Source of the DNA: Catajapyx aquilonaris
Taxonomy: Eukaryota
NCBI GenBank assembly: GCA_000934665.2
Contig: KZ538498.1
Coordinates: 45,896-65,895, forward strand
Length of the DNA: 20,000 bases
Direction of reading: 5' to 3'
The position numbers were made by a program, and so were the translations under genes. Below, piece by piece: positions 1 to 11,115 of the stretch; the first letter of the stretch is position 1; each line of letters begins with the position of its first letter. The notes under the pieces are model-generated. The model ran no database searches. It saw only the letters and a list, made by a program, of their open reading frames with translations, and had not been told where the DNA came from.

Positions 1-50
1 TATCCTATCCCAAAAAGCGCAGTAAAAAACGAAACGAAAAGTTCCAGTCT
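1..50 (+). mobile_element. Partial SINE body (window edge), related to the SINE at 17509-17806
   Basis: cctatccc...agtaaaaaacgaaacgaaaagttccagtct resembles ccctatccc...agtaaaaacgaaagcaagagttccagact (about 17682-17735) in the full SINE. Similarity stops at the MITE starting at 56. Confidence 0.55.
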
Positions 51-55
51 ATATA

Positions 56-497
56 CAGGGTGTATCGGAACTCTACCATAAGCCATAATTATGCCAATGG
101 CGTAATGGTCAGCAGATGATCATTTACAGTATCGGAATCATAGGCCTGGGCCGCCGCATGACCGAGATAATTGACCTCAACCAATAGGTATAAAATATCC
201 TGGCAGGTATGCAAACCTTCAGCCGCCAATCGCATCACAGGTGAAGGTCGCAGCTATTTTCTGGGGGGCTACTGCCACACTGCTATTGGGGTAGTCACTA
301 AGGGCTCTTAGAATGCAGTTCCCCCCAGATGCACTGCTATTCTACAATCATGCTTAAGCGCAATAGCTACTTCGCAAATGATCAATTATCTACGTGATGT
401 GGCTGCCTAGACATGATGACCCCTCTACATATAATGATGCTCTGGTGCCCCTTATGCCATTGGTACATGGCTTATGGTAGAGTTCCGATACACCCTG
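56..497. mobile_element. Tc1/mariner-type MITE (non-autonomous)
   Basis: Perfect 31-bp TIR CAGGGTGTATCGGAACTCTACCATAAGCCAT (56-86 / 467-497), TA on both sides (54-55, 498-499), and weaker inverted symmetry continuing inward. No ORF. Confidence 0.93.
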
Positions 498-502
498 TAT
501 AA

Positions 503-620
503 CCTCCTGAGACCCCTAGTACACCTTTCAATCACCTTTGTTTTTTTTACGCGTTTGAGTTAGTCAGAAGGTGCTGGAAAAAACAAAGGTACAGTATACT
601 GTACCAGGGGTCTCAGGAGG
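503..620. mobile_element. piggyBac-type MITE (118 bp) with ATAA target duplication
   Basis: TIR CCTCCTGAGACCCCT(A/G)GTACA (503-523 / 600-620, 1 mismatch) and 4-bp direct repeat ATAA at 499-502 and 621-624. Inner inverted repeat acctttgttttt / aaaaacaaaggt. CC-starting ends plus a TTAA-like 4-bp TSD fit piggyBac. Confidence 0.75.
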
Positions 621-767
621 ATAACAAAACTGTGCTGTTAACTCCCCAGCGAAACAAAACACTGAGCTGAACCTGATGCGCACATACAATACGAACTGCG
701 TAACATTTGGTATCAAAATACAGTCTAAAAATCTACAATCGTTTCTCCACTTCTTCCTCAACCGGGA

Positions 768-772
<5 letters not shown>

Positions 773-816
<44 letters not shown>
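773..816. repeat. (AG)22 microsatellite
   Basis: Uninterrupted AG dinucleotide run. Confidence 0.98.
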
Positions 817-820
<4 letters not shown>

Positions 821-1846
821 TAAAACAAAGCTTTTAAAAAGTGGAAAAACAAGTCCCATCTCCAAACCCTGACAGGACAGAAGTTTCCGGGTTGGCACAA
901 AAAGCACTTCTTCAGAGGGAATCCGGGTCTGAGCCCGTCATTCACGTTTCAAGTTTGTTCAAAACCCTCAAGAATAAGCACCCGTTCCCCCCTTTTCCAA
1001 AATGTCTCCTGCCTACACCATAGTGCAAAACCTGCCCCGAGTTAAGTGTTTAATAAATAAGTAATGTTCAGACTCAAATGCAAATCCATCACACCTTTCA
1101 AAAACATGTTAAAAATTCATCATTTTGTACGTCACTAAGATGCGCTGAGTTATAAAGCTTATTACACTTTATTACATTTTCTAGTCTGTTCATCAAGGAG
1201 TCAGTATACATCATTGCACAATATTTCCTATCAGATTTATTCAAATCGCTCCAGTTTTTTTTTCACTTTTGAGGATCTGAAGCTTTCATAATATTCTTTG
1301 GGCTGTCGCAGCCACCAACTATTTAAACTTAACCTATTATATTCAAGGGGGTGGGGGGAAAAAATGGAAAAATTTCTTGCGTTATAGAAAACTGCAGCTA
1401 ATCTCCCAAGAAGATCCCATGAGATCCCGTATAATTAAATTTCTTTCACCCCGCCAGAAATTTCATTTCCTGGGAGTCCCAGAAGCCTATTTGGGGATTT
1501 TTCTCTCTTCCACCCCTCACCCCCCCCCCCCTTTTCCCCATCCTTCCCAGACCTTAGAACCTCCACTACCTCTTCTTCTGCCAACGCCACACGGGCAGGA
1601 TTAACCCGGGTCATTTTTAGCCCAAATTGCGTGCGTTATTTATCTCTAGGGTAAGATTCCAGTTCTATTATAAATCTATGTGCTGCTGGCTGGAATATTA
1701 ATCAACAAAAAAAAAAATACTCCGGAAAATGTCCAAGTTGACTTTCTGTGTATGTGCTCTTGGTTTTTTTGAACATTTTGGAACTGATCAGTTCTGATGA
1801 CAAGAATAGTTAAAACTATGTGAAATAAGTTCATGCAACGGTCTCC

Positions 1847-2231
1847 TTTTTAAAAATAGATATACCCCGTGCTAGAGCCATGGGCTCTCTTAGGGGAGTG
1901 GAATACCACTATGTGCAGGGATAGGGTAGGGATGGGAGGGGAGGACACTGGTGCATGTGCAATGTCATCAAGTTGGGGGTCGTGTGCAGTCCCTTCAGGG
2001 GGCCCGTTCGCCAAGATGATGCGAGCCAGAAACCCCCACTGACCCGCACCTCCTCCAGGGCAGGGAAAGGAAGGAAGCGGCTGTGGCCTATTTTACGGTA
2101 CGATCCCGGAAATTTTTCCTGGAGTGACCTTGGAAAACCACAGGTCAGGACCGCCGGCCTCCGGGACTCGAACCCAGGACCTCCCGATTAGCAGTCGGAC
2201 ACCATATCCACTTCACCACTACTGCTTCGGT
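1847..2231 (-). mobile_element. tRNA-derived SINE (SINE-1)
   Basis: Minus-strand head accgaagcagtagtggtgaagtgg...ccgactgctaatcgggaggtcctgggttcgagtccc has a pol III box A-like element, box B and an anticodon-like arm ccga-ctGCTaa-tcgg. Head, core and 3' tail are homologous to 17509-17806. Possible decayed TSD ggtctcc (1840-1846 / 2233-2239). Confidence 0.9.
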
Positions 2232-2259
2232 AGGTCTCCATAATTTACTATCATAGATA

Positions 2260-2945
2260 GCGTCTAAACATTGTGTTCATGTAATTTCATGCTTCTTCAA
2301 GCACATATGGTCCGTATCTGTCCCAAAAAAAAAGTTGATATACTGTCGATGTGTTTGTCAGACAGCCTCTTTCATCTAGGCCCAATTTTGAATCAAGGTC
2401 CTTTTTGCAGAACCCACATCGAAATGTGGTCGTTTTTATGTGGTCTTTGTTTTGTACCATGCTCGCGAGTATTGCTTTTGACATGCATACGCATATTGCC
2501 CTCTTCCAAGTTACTAATATCTGGCACTGAACAAGTAGATGTTTGTAAGTACCCCAATTCATGAAATAGCTCGAGCAATGGATAGCAATGAATCTGCAAT
2601 ATACACCCATCAGATATTCAGTCATTTGGTGTGGTATACAGTAACTTACTGCAGTCATATTTGGCTAGCAAATCAAATCAAATTTGAGCCGAAGCAAATC
2701 CAATAATATCAAGTGGAACATGAATAAATCCACAGAAAATCATGCCTCCACCCCACTAAAAATTTAAAAACAAGCAATAAATAGTACAGAGCATGCAGGG
2801 CTAGTTGAAACTAGGATAACTGATCTTTGGGCAACTGCATTACAACCACAACTACAACCCGACCAGCATTGATGAGCCGTTCAAACGTGGCAAACACGTA
2901 AATACTGAATGATTTTGGGTTTGTTTCATCCGCCGCCATTTTGCG
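2260..2945 (-). pseudogene. Possible decayed, internally deleted transposase remnant (Merlin/ISXO2-like?)
   Basis: Frameshifted minus-strand peptides: LLELFHELGYL, ICVC..MVQNKDHIKTTTFRCGFCKK (Cys pairs) and LSDKHIDS/YQLFFWDRYG. Resemblance was judged by eye only; no DDE core and no verified TIR pair. Confidence 0.3.
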
Positions 2946-5718
2946 ACACATCGCCAAATAATTAGGTGATCCTTTATTAATATAGACCAGGGTTTTATTG
3001 CCCGGGAATGGACGAAATTGTAGTGACATTGCATCGAATGGCGTTACCGTTATTTATGCGCTCATCCTGAATATTTACCATGATTGATTTACAAGTTGAC
3101 ATAATTGGATGTACGGGGCATCCAAGCGACAAGTTTTGATAATTTCAGCGACCGGCTTTATGAAACAGGATCCGCAATAATTCAGTATTATTGCAGTCTA
3201 TGTAATTTGGGCTCTCGGGTCCGCCCCCCCAACGTTTTTAAAGCAACGACTGGTTTTATGGCTAACCCTGTCATAATATTTATCGAATTTTTTTTTTGCA
3301 ACTATGTGCATGCGGGGTGGTGTTTGTGCGTGTTTTGGTTGTACCTTTGTTAGCTTTTCACGGGAAAAAACAAATCGGGGCGCAAATTTCATGCGGAGGA
3401 ATAGATGTTGAGGTCAGCAGTGTCATGATGAACAAAGTGGCTGTCAATAATGTCACGCTCCGCCTAATAAAATGCTGCGGGAGGCATTGTTATTGCAAGC
3501 TCACTGTTTTGAATTACATTGCAAAACGTGCCTGGCGGTGTTGTTTTTATGGGACGCCACGGGAAAAATTACAAGTTCGCAGTCGTTCAAAGCAAACATA
3601 TCTGATAATATCTGCATGCTCGTTTTTAGCCATAGTGTGCACCTTGTTTTTTCCCCCCGAGAAATATCTACAGCCGCGTACAGTCATTGGAAATATGTGA
3701 GGCTTTTAACGACCCAGCGGTGTTTGTAAACCAGGACACTGATAAACAAAAAAAATGGGACACTGCTTTAGAATCATAATTTTAAAAAAATATTTCCTGC
3801 AAAATTGCTATTTACTAATAGCCATTTGACAGTAATGCAGTGCTCATAAGTCATGAATGCAATATTTAAAAAGCCATGCCTTGTTCAATAACATGTTAAT
3901 ATTAATATTTTAATGTTTCTTTGCACCACGTATATGCCCGTCTGTAAAATGTGCTAATAACATAGCCTAATATTTTTGGCATGGTTCTTCATACTATAGG
4001 AATTTCCCGCACGAATTTGTGCTACCCAGGTGCTAGCAACTCACACCCAGCAACACACTATGAGTAATTTGAGCTTGTCATTCCATGACAACCTTTGAAC
4101 CGGCTGTCATGTCGTTTTTGATTGAGCATAAATCATTTATTTTAAAAGTGTTTGTCCTGTTTCATTACTAAAGCCTGGTTGCACTACCAGGTAAAATCAT
4201 TAATCGAAAGCTAAACGGTTTCTATACTTTTGGTTAATTGTTACCAACAAGAGCATCTACTAAATATTTTTGGCTGAGGAGCTACCAAAATTAATTATTT
4301 AAGTAACTATTCCTTTCGCAAGAAATTGTATGGTGGTGATTAAATTTTTGCTTGCTTTACATTATTCCATATCGTGACGAGGTCATAGCCAGTGCTACAG
4401 AGTACACACCTATAATAAAACTAAACATGCATGGTATCTTATATCATCAAAGTCCAAATAACGAAGCGAGAATTGGCTTCTCGCTGTCGCTACGATCGAT
4501 CATCGCAAGCTTGTGAACACACCTTTAGCCTCCTGCCTTTGTGCCTTCTCGTTATTCATATCAGAGGACAGTACTGACAGATGATATGGCTCGCAGATTA
4601 CGTGACGAGCCTGTAAGCAAAAGAGGATGTCCTACCCTGACCACAGCCATCACTTTTCTAAAAGGCTGCCTCAACATATGATATTCCATCACCACAATAT
4701 GGCTGATGAAACTTAATATCTTCATCATTATTTACATGGTATTCACAAACTTTGTTCTAATAATGGAAATCCAAAAAAAATGAACTATTGTTCATACCTG
4801 CATGGCGGTGACTGCAGGGCTTAGTAGTTTTCCTTTTGTTTCCAGACTCATGATTTGATCCGCTCGCACTGTGCTAACACAACAACATAATATTTCTCCA
4901 ACCCTTACCAAACTTACTGTACATGTTTACCCTAGGTTTTCCAATATTAAGGCACTGACCATGACAACCTGCATGTTTCACCAACTTCTGTGTGGTTACA
5001 ACACAGTGGTTTGTTTATTCTACATAAGCTCATATGCAAATCCATTTTTGTTGCATATGATATTCTGACATTTTCAGCACCACTATTTCAAAAGATAGAA
5101 ACACACACCACAACATCTCCCTACCTTGAAGTCGTCGCAGTAACCAAAGGGCACGAAAAGAACACGAAACCAGTGAGGTTTCTTAAACTGCACACCCCAC
5201 TTGAAGGTTCTCGATTTCTCGGCGGAGACTTACCTAGGAGAAAAGAGAGAGATTGAGGATTTGAGTCCCTAATCTCGTTAGGAGAAAACAGCCTCCAAAA
5301 AATAGAAGGAGAGGTTTAAAAAAAATAGAAGGGGGGAAAGGGGGGGTGTCTGGTGCCTGTGTTACCTCAGGCCGAAAGTCGTGCCCACCTTGGGGGGAAA
5401 AGTCTATTTCAGACCCGCTTCATTTCCCGTCAAAGTCCCAATCCAGCAAAACGAGGCCTGCTCAGCCATGTCGGAGACTCCTGGCACCGGGACGACTCCC
5501 GGATTTTATTGCCCCTGCACCCAGATTACTACACGACCTCCTGCAGATTTTTGCCTCTCCCTGGATTACAGGACCCCAGGCTCTCTAAACATTATTTTCG
5601 CATGGTATGACACCAGGAAGTATGGGTTAGTGGATGACACTCTCAAAATGCTAGACTACAAACTGAAAAAAAAGGTTCGGTACAGTCAGGGTACAGTGGG
5701 CGTAATTTTTCACATCGT

Positions 5719-5764
5719 CCACCAGATGGGGCTGAAAGCTGTGAGTTGTGCCATTAGATGGCGT
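5719..5764 (+). promoter_or_regulatory. Pair of CTCF-like motifs
   Basis: CCACCAGATGGGGC (5719-5732) and CCATTAGATGGCGT (5751-5764) in the same orientation, both close to the CCACYAGRKGGCGC consensus. Confidence 0.4.
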
Positions 5765-5872
5765 GGATAGGTGTCGGGTGGAGGCTTCATGTTGTGTAGG
5801 GCAGTGATGCAACCGGAGACGAGGCTAGTCCATTGTTAGCAACAATTGGACCACGAACCTGAGGCTCTAGGA

Positions 5873-6377
5873 AGAGAGTCGCCAACTTCTGACTTCACAC
5901 GTGGTTGGACTGTTTACCTGTTCTATGGAGGTCGCCATCTTGCGTTTCTATGGAAATAGTGGCCGACTCCGATTGGCTGGTGTGGCTGCATCCAATCGGA
6001 ATTGACATGACTTCAGAACTGGCCACTATTTCCACAGAAACGCAAGATGGCGGCCTCCACTGGACACATAAACAGTCCATAATTACTCTAGCTCAGTGGT
6101 TTCCAACCGGGGGGTCGCGGGCAGGGTCTCGGGGGGTCGCGAGCCTTGGTTCAACGTTTTTTTGTGCAATTTCTGTGTCAATTGAATAATTTTTGCGGCC
6201 GTACAGAGTGTATGTTTTCTGGAAAGAGGGCAGTTGTAGGAGGGGGCAGGGGGAGGGGGGAGGGGGGGGGTCGCACATTTATGGAAACATGTTTAGGGGG
6301 TCGCAGTTGGTTAAAGGTTGGAAACCACTGCTCTAGCCAATCTGAGACGACGTGATGTCACAAGTTGGCGACTCTCT
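5873..6377. mobile_element. Fold-back MITE (superfamily uncertain), interrupted by a hAT MITE
   Basis: TIR AGAGAGTCGCCAACTT.TGAC.TCAC at 5873 and ending at 6377. Long inner inverted arms at about 5906-5965 / 6021-6079, and a central ccgattgg/ccaatcgg pair. TSD unclear. Confidence 0.82.
6094..6330. mobile_element. hAT (Charlie/Buster-like) MITE nested in the fold-back element
   Basis: Perfect 15-bp TIR CAGTGGTTTCCAACC, 8-bp TSD ctctagct / ctctagcc (6086-6093 / 6331-6338) with central TA, and subterminal GGGGTCGC occurring four times. Confidence 0.92.
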
Positions 6378-7751
6378 GACTCGAGGCTCTCTGAGTGACC
6401 ACTCGGGCCTGAAAGGTCAGCTATCATAAATATATAATCAGCTAGAATTTTATATGGCGTTATTTTGTGCAGAAGAAGCTGAGTTCATATTTGAGCGTAC
6501 AAATTTAAATACAGTTAAAATAGCAAATGAGCGGCTGACTGGCACAAATCATTCTCCATGGTAATACTGTAGTCCATAATGTGAAATATGACACAATATA
6601 CGTTCGTAATTTAATAGGAAATCCCATTAGGGACAGAACCCCCAACCCCAAAAATCCACTAAAATTGATAAAATACGCTCAAAATTCCGCTGCAAAAAAA
6701 TGTCCATGCCCCAAAACAAGAAGTGACTGGACACAAATCATAGGCTGCACCGCCTGATCTCAAATTAATCCCGTTCCTCATACCACCCACAAAAAAAAAT
6801 ATCGTTTCATCCACCTAATAGGAAAAAAAAAGTTAAGTGAGTTAAAATCCCGTTTCAGGCTCTGATCGAATCCATTTTATTCCGTCCAATAAAAATGGAC
6901 CCCATTCTTGTGAGTGAGATGAAGCGAACCTAAGGCCCGAATGCTGGCAGGAGTATGATAAAGTGGGCTTCGCGTGGCGTATTGGAGAACAGGCCAGCCA
7001 GAGGTGGATATCTTAGCCCTCCATATTGTAGGGAGCTTCACAATGCAATAATAATGGGTGGTAATCGATTAGGTGGGGGGGGGGAGGATGGGGAGGAAAA
7101 GGCGGACATAACGCAGGAGGGGGATGGAAAATATCCTAGGGAAGAAGCAGCACCATTGGGAGTCTGGGGATGGTATCCTGGAACGTGATTCAGCGTTTTT
7201 AGAGGGGGTTGGAATAAACGGTATCAATCAACTCCCACGATGACAAGTCCGGACCGAGTCAAATTTCATTGTTGCTGACTGATTCACCCATGTTGGCTAG
7301 GGTCGGGGACTAACAATTTGCAGGATCATGATCATCTAATGGGCAAAAAAACAATAGTCGTTGATAAATGGGGCGTACACCTTGAATTACCTGCAACAAT
7401 AATCCGCAGAAAGGCCCAGGCTGGGTGTAGAGAAAAGGTGGTCATAAATCGCCGCAGGTCGTTATTAATTGCGATGGGATAGAAATCTCCCACAATGAAG
7501 CATCCTCCCCCTCAGTACCATCAATATGAGCCCTCACCCCCTCCTCTCTACTCCGGTTGCCATCATCCCCATTGTTACACCACACCAACCGCTCTGCACT
7601 TCCCCCGCTCGAGCCCGAAAACCACATTTAATCAAGCAACATATGAGGGCTGTACACAAGAATTTTCCGCAGCCATACCCCTTTTTCTGTTTCTAAAGCG
7701 AAACACATCGATTTTTATATTCGCAATGTTCTACACTGCACAACATACCTA

Positions 7752-8157
7752 CAGGGTGTCCGTGAATTGACCAGTCAGACCTGTACCCGTGGCTAAATTG
7801 ACACCAGAGGATCATGTTATGTAGAGAAGTCATTATGTCTGGGCAGCCTCATTACTGAGATAATTGATAATTTGCGATTTAGCGATTGGGCCTAAGAGTG
7901 ATTGTCACAGATTGTCACAGATCACATGCGACATGCTAGTAGCCAAATGGAAAAGCTGCTATTTTCACCCGTGATGCGATTTCGGGGCTGAAGGTTTCCA
8001 TACCTCCCAGGATACTTTGTGCGCGTACTTGTCATATAAAGGCAATTATCGCAGTAATGAGGCTGCCCAGACATAATGACTCCTCTACATAACATGATCC
8101 TCTGGTGTCAATTGAGCCACGGGTATAGGTCTGACTGGTCAGTTCATGGACACCCTG
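7752..8157. mobile_element. Tc1/mariner-type MITE with ~115-bp TIRs
   Basis: TA-CAGGGTGTCC...GGACACCCTG-TA with near-perfect inverted arms 7752-7866 / 8043-8157. Internal 10-bp tandem duplication attgtcacag (7901-7920). Internally homologous to 56-497 in the opposite orientation. Confidence 0.95.
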
Positions 8158-10899
8158 TATACATACTGTCGAGTGATTTCCTACTGAAAATGTGACATAT
8201 CTTTTGGTTACGTCCCACAGAGGGCTCTGGAGTGATTACCACCCGGGGGCCATGACACTTTTCATTCCGGCTTGCAACTATTTAAAGGATTCTAGCTGAT
8301 TATCAGAGGTCATGGAAGGGAGAATTTAAATTATGGTCTAGTTAGTATTATCTGGGGGCCAGGAGAAGGTACTAAGTTGTTTCTCGCATGACGTAGATGG
8401 TGGAGGCTATCTAACCCCCAAGGCCATCTGCTGGAGACACGCCAAGAAGAGATTACAAACGGTTCCGAGGTGTTGGGACCGAAAGGTACCGGCGCTTTAT
8501 CAACGTGCATCATCCAGGTAAGCTTATAATTATCGCTTGCATTGGCGATGTAGAGCGACAGAAGGCCCTATTCTTTAGTGGCAATGACTCCGGAAGACCA
8601 ATGGGTCCAATTCGGAAAAGGATTTGAGGCCCTGACGAGTCTCCTGATTCCGGGCCTCTGGGCTTTCTTCGAGGATGTCCGCTCAATTTATCTCACCTTG
8701 GCCAAAGAACTCTCTCCACCTTTGCCCCCATTAGCAAAATGTCTCCTGCTCCCGACCCTGTCTGGAAAATCCCCTTTGAGCAAAGTCGCACCCACGTCTA
8801 CCGTAGTTGTCCCCGGACACTCTAGAGACAAACATTCCCGACTGCTTCGAAAGACAAATGAACCTTCCTGCCAGCTGTGGAAGCCAATATTTTTCGCCTC
8901 TTTTCTATGTCTCCGCTCCTTTCCTACCCCAACATGACCCAGTTTGTGCTAATGGCTCACCCTGTAGTGCATTGGATATGCATGCACCCCATTAATGGCA
9001 GCGACATAAATTGGTTTTCGCATAATGTGACCGCTGCATAGACTAATGTCGGAATAATTGGATACATGCAACTATCAAGCAGGACAAGCTCGAATGAATT
9101 CTGCTAGCAGCTTGACCTGCGGTCAGGTAACGTAACGTGACCTTTGAAATAAACAAATTCGTGGTACAAGCGTACAAATCATCTCTATTATCTTGCATGT
9201 CTCGCTGCATTTACTGCTCGGAACCAGAAAAAGGAATCTAGGACGATTCCTAGTTATAGATATAAATCACGACCTGCAATAAACTACGACTTTTACTGAC
9301 ATACTCGACAATTCTGACAATATTGCTTCCATGCGTATATCAAAGATCAATTTGATTCACGCGAACGAATCCGAAAGGCTTCCCTACCGGAATATTCATA
9401 TTTTATGACTCATCCCGTCGGCTGGCCCCTGTGCAGTTACGCACTGATATGAAATTAATGCGTTATAATCAAAGCTTCCCGGAAGAATACGGGCAGATAT
9501 TCAGCGAGAAACCTTTTTACTGGCGTGAACAGCGAACTTTTTTTTCAGGGGTCTTTTGGAAACCTAAGTCATAAAAATGGGAAAAAGAGAAGGCAGCGCG
9601 AAAGTTACGATCCCGAACAAAGGTGCCATAGGAAATAAAATATCCCCCCTTTCCATGCCCTTCCCTAATGCAAAGCATGGTGGGGGAAGGAGGGGGGGGG
9701 GGCATATATGGAGAGGGAGAAGTATTTTCGCTTACTGCCGAATCACCTGCTCTGAAATCTCCGGGTTATTCCACTCTAAGCTCCAAGCTGTAATACTTAA
9801 TCTATGAAGTGACATTCCCTTTGCCTTCCCTTTTTTGGGGAGGATGGGGAGGGGGAGGGACCAAAAGGATGGCGCTAATGACATTTCCAATATTCCCCGA
9901 AAAAGTGTTCCAGCGGGTGGCTGTCTCAGCAAGCTGTGGCCTATCTTGGATTCTTTACTCCTTATACGTCCCACCACCCATTATGAATATTTTCGAGCGA
10001 CGTAGATAAGCACACTCGCACAGTACAGGCCCTAATCCAAAAGAATTAGCCCACCCTTTCTACCGCTTTCCACCGAACACCAAGCTGCTACGTTTTTAAA
10101 GGCCCAACATGGCCGACTCTCATATGGAAAAAAACGCAGGCAAAATTTTACGAACTGATCAAACACACCTCTATCTGGTTGCCTCTCCGCCATTATACCA
10201 GAGGCATATAGCAGCGAACCTATCAAGGAGCAGCTCCGGTGAACAAAAGACGAAACTCGGGAGGAACTAGGGGAGGATGGTGGGGAAGGGAAGGAGCCGG
10301 GTGGGGAGAGGCGAAGGAATCGGCTTGGAAGCCAAGTTCCCCCCTAGAATCCTTTGGGGAGCCAGTTACAAATCAATGGCAAGAGGAGTGAATACGGAGA
10401 GACTCGTATCCGTCTGTTTTCGCCCGTTCGCAGGCGCTTTCATTTCCGGGCCCAGGCTCATTGCAGCCTGCCTGTACAAAAGAGGCCTAGGCCTAGAGTC
10501 CAGCTTCTCAGCCAATTCGACCTCGTTCTCTCTCTCTCTCCAGAAGGGAGGATGTTTTTTTTTTTTTCTTTCTTCTTCTTCGCCTTCTTTCCTTCTCCTT
10601 CAGGACCGAAAATGGGGTCAGCGAACTCAGGCACCCGCTCAATCACCTGCCTTGTTGAACCCAAATAGACCAATTAGGGTCCGGCAGTCACTTCAAGGCG
10701 GCTAACTGGGGCAGGTCACGTCTAATTGCAGCACCAATTCGGGAGAAATTGGGAGGCAGACTTGGAAACGAGCGAGGGATGGACACTGCAGGAAATGTAC
10801 ATTACACCTATCGTAAGCAATTTTTAAAATATCTATTTGAATTTGAAATACCAGATGATACCTGGCATGAATAATGTTTTCGGTTCACTTTTAAATATA

Positions 10900-11115
10900 G
10901 AGGGTGTTCCAAGTTCGTGGGTCGTTTTTAGTTATCACTAATATTATCCGAAGTAGTTATTTTTGTGTAGCTTGTTGTGCCCCGATCCAGTTGCCCAATT
11001 GCTTCCAGGTGGTCGAATATAGCTGGTTAGGTTAGGGGCGCAACGAGCTACAAAAAATAACAGCTACGATAATATTCCATATAACTAAAACTCCCCACGA
11101 ACTTGGAACACCCTC
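10900..11115. mobile_element. Tc1/mariner-type MITE, hairpin-like
   Basis: Perfect 22-bp TIR GAGGGTGTTCCAAGTTCGTGGG with TA flanks (10898-10899, 11116-11117). Imperfect symmetry extends about 80 bp inward. Confidence 0.92.

Noticed and set aside
1781..1835. Hammerhead-like CTGATGA...GAAA next to the palindrome gaactgatcagttc
   Set aside because: Stem II does not close adjacent to the core, and no stem I/III with a cleavage triplet could be built.
4168..4530. PIF/Harbinger-like ends (agcctggttgcac and tgtgaacacacct)
   Set aside because: The two ends are not inverted copies of each other, so no element can be delimited.
5895..6189. Two similar peptides on opposite strands (MDCL..WR.PSCVS.EIVA)
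   Set aside because: An artefact of the fold-back MITE's inverted arms.
8390..8523. Possible exon ending at a strong donor CAG|GTAAGC (8517/8518)
   Set aside because: No convincing acceptor, partner exon or recognisable peptide; transcript data would be needed.
8959..8975. accctgtag, resembling the 5' end of miR-10
   Set aside because: The rest of the mature sequence and a precursor hairpin are absent.
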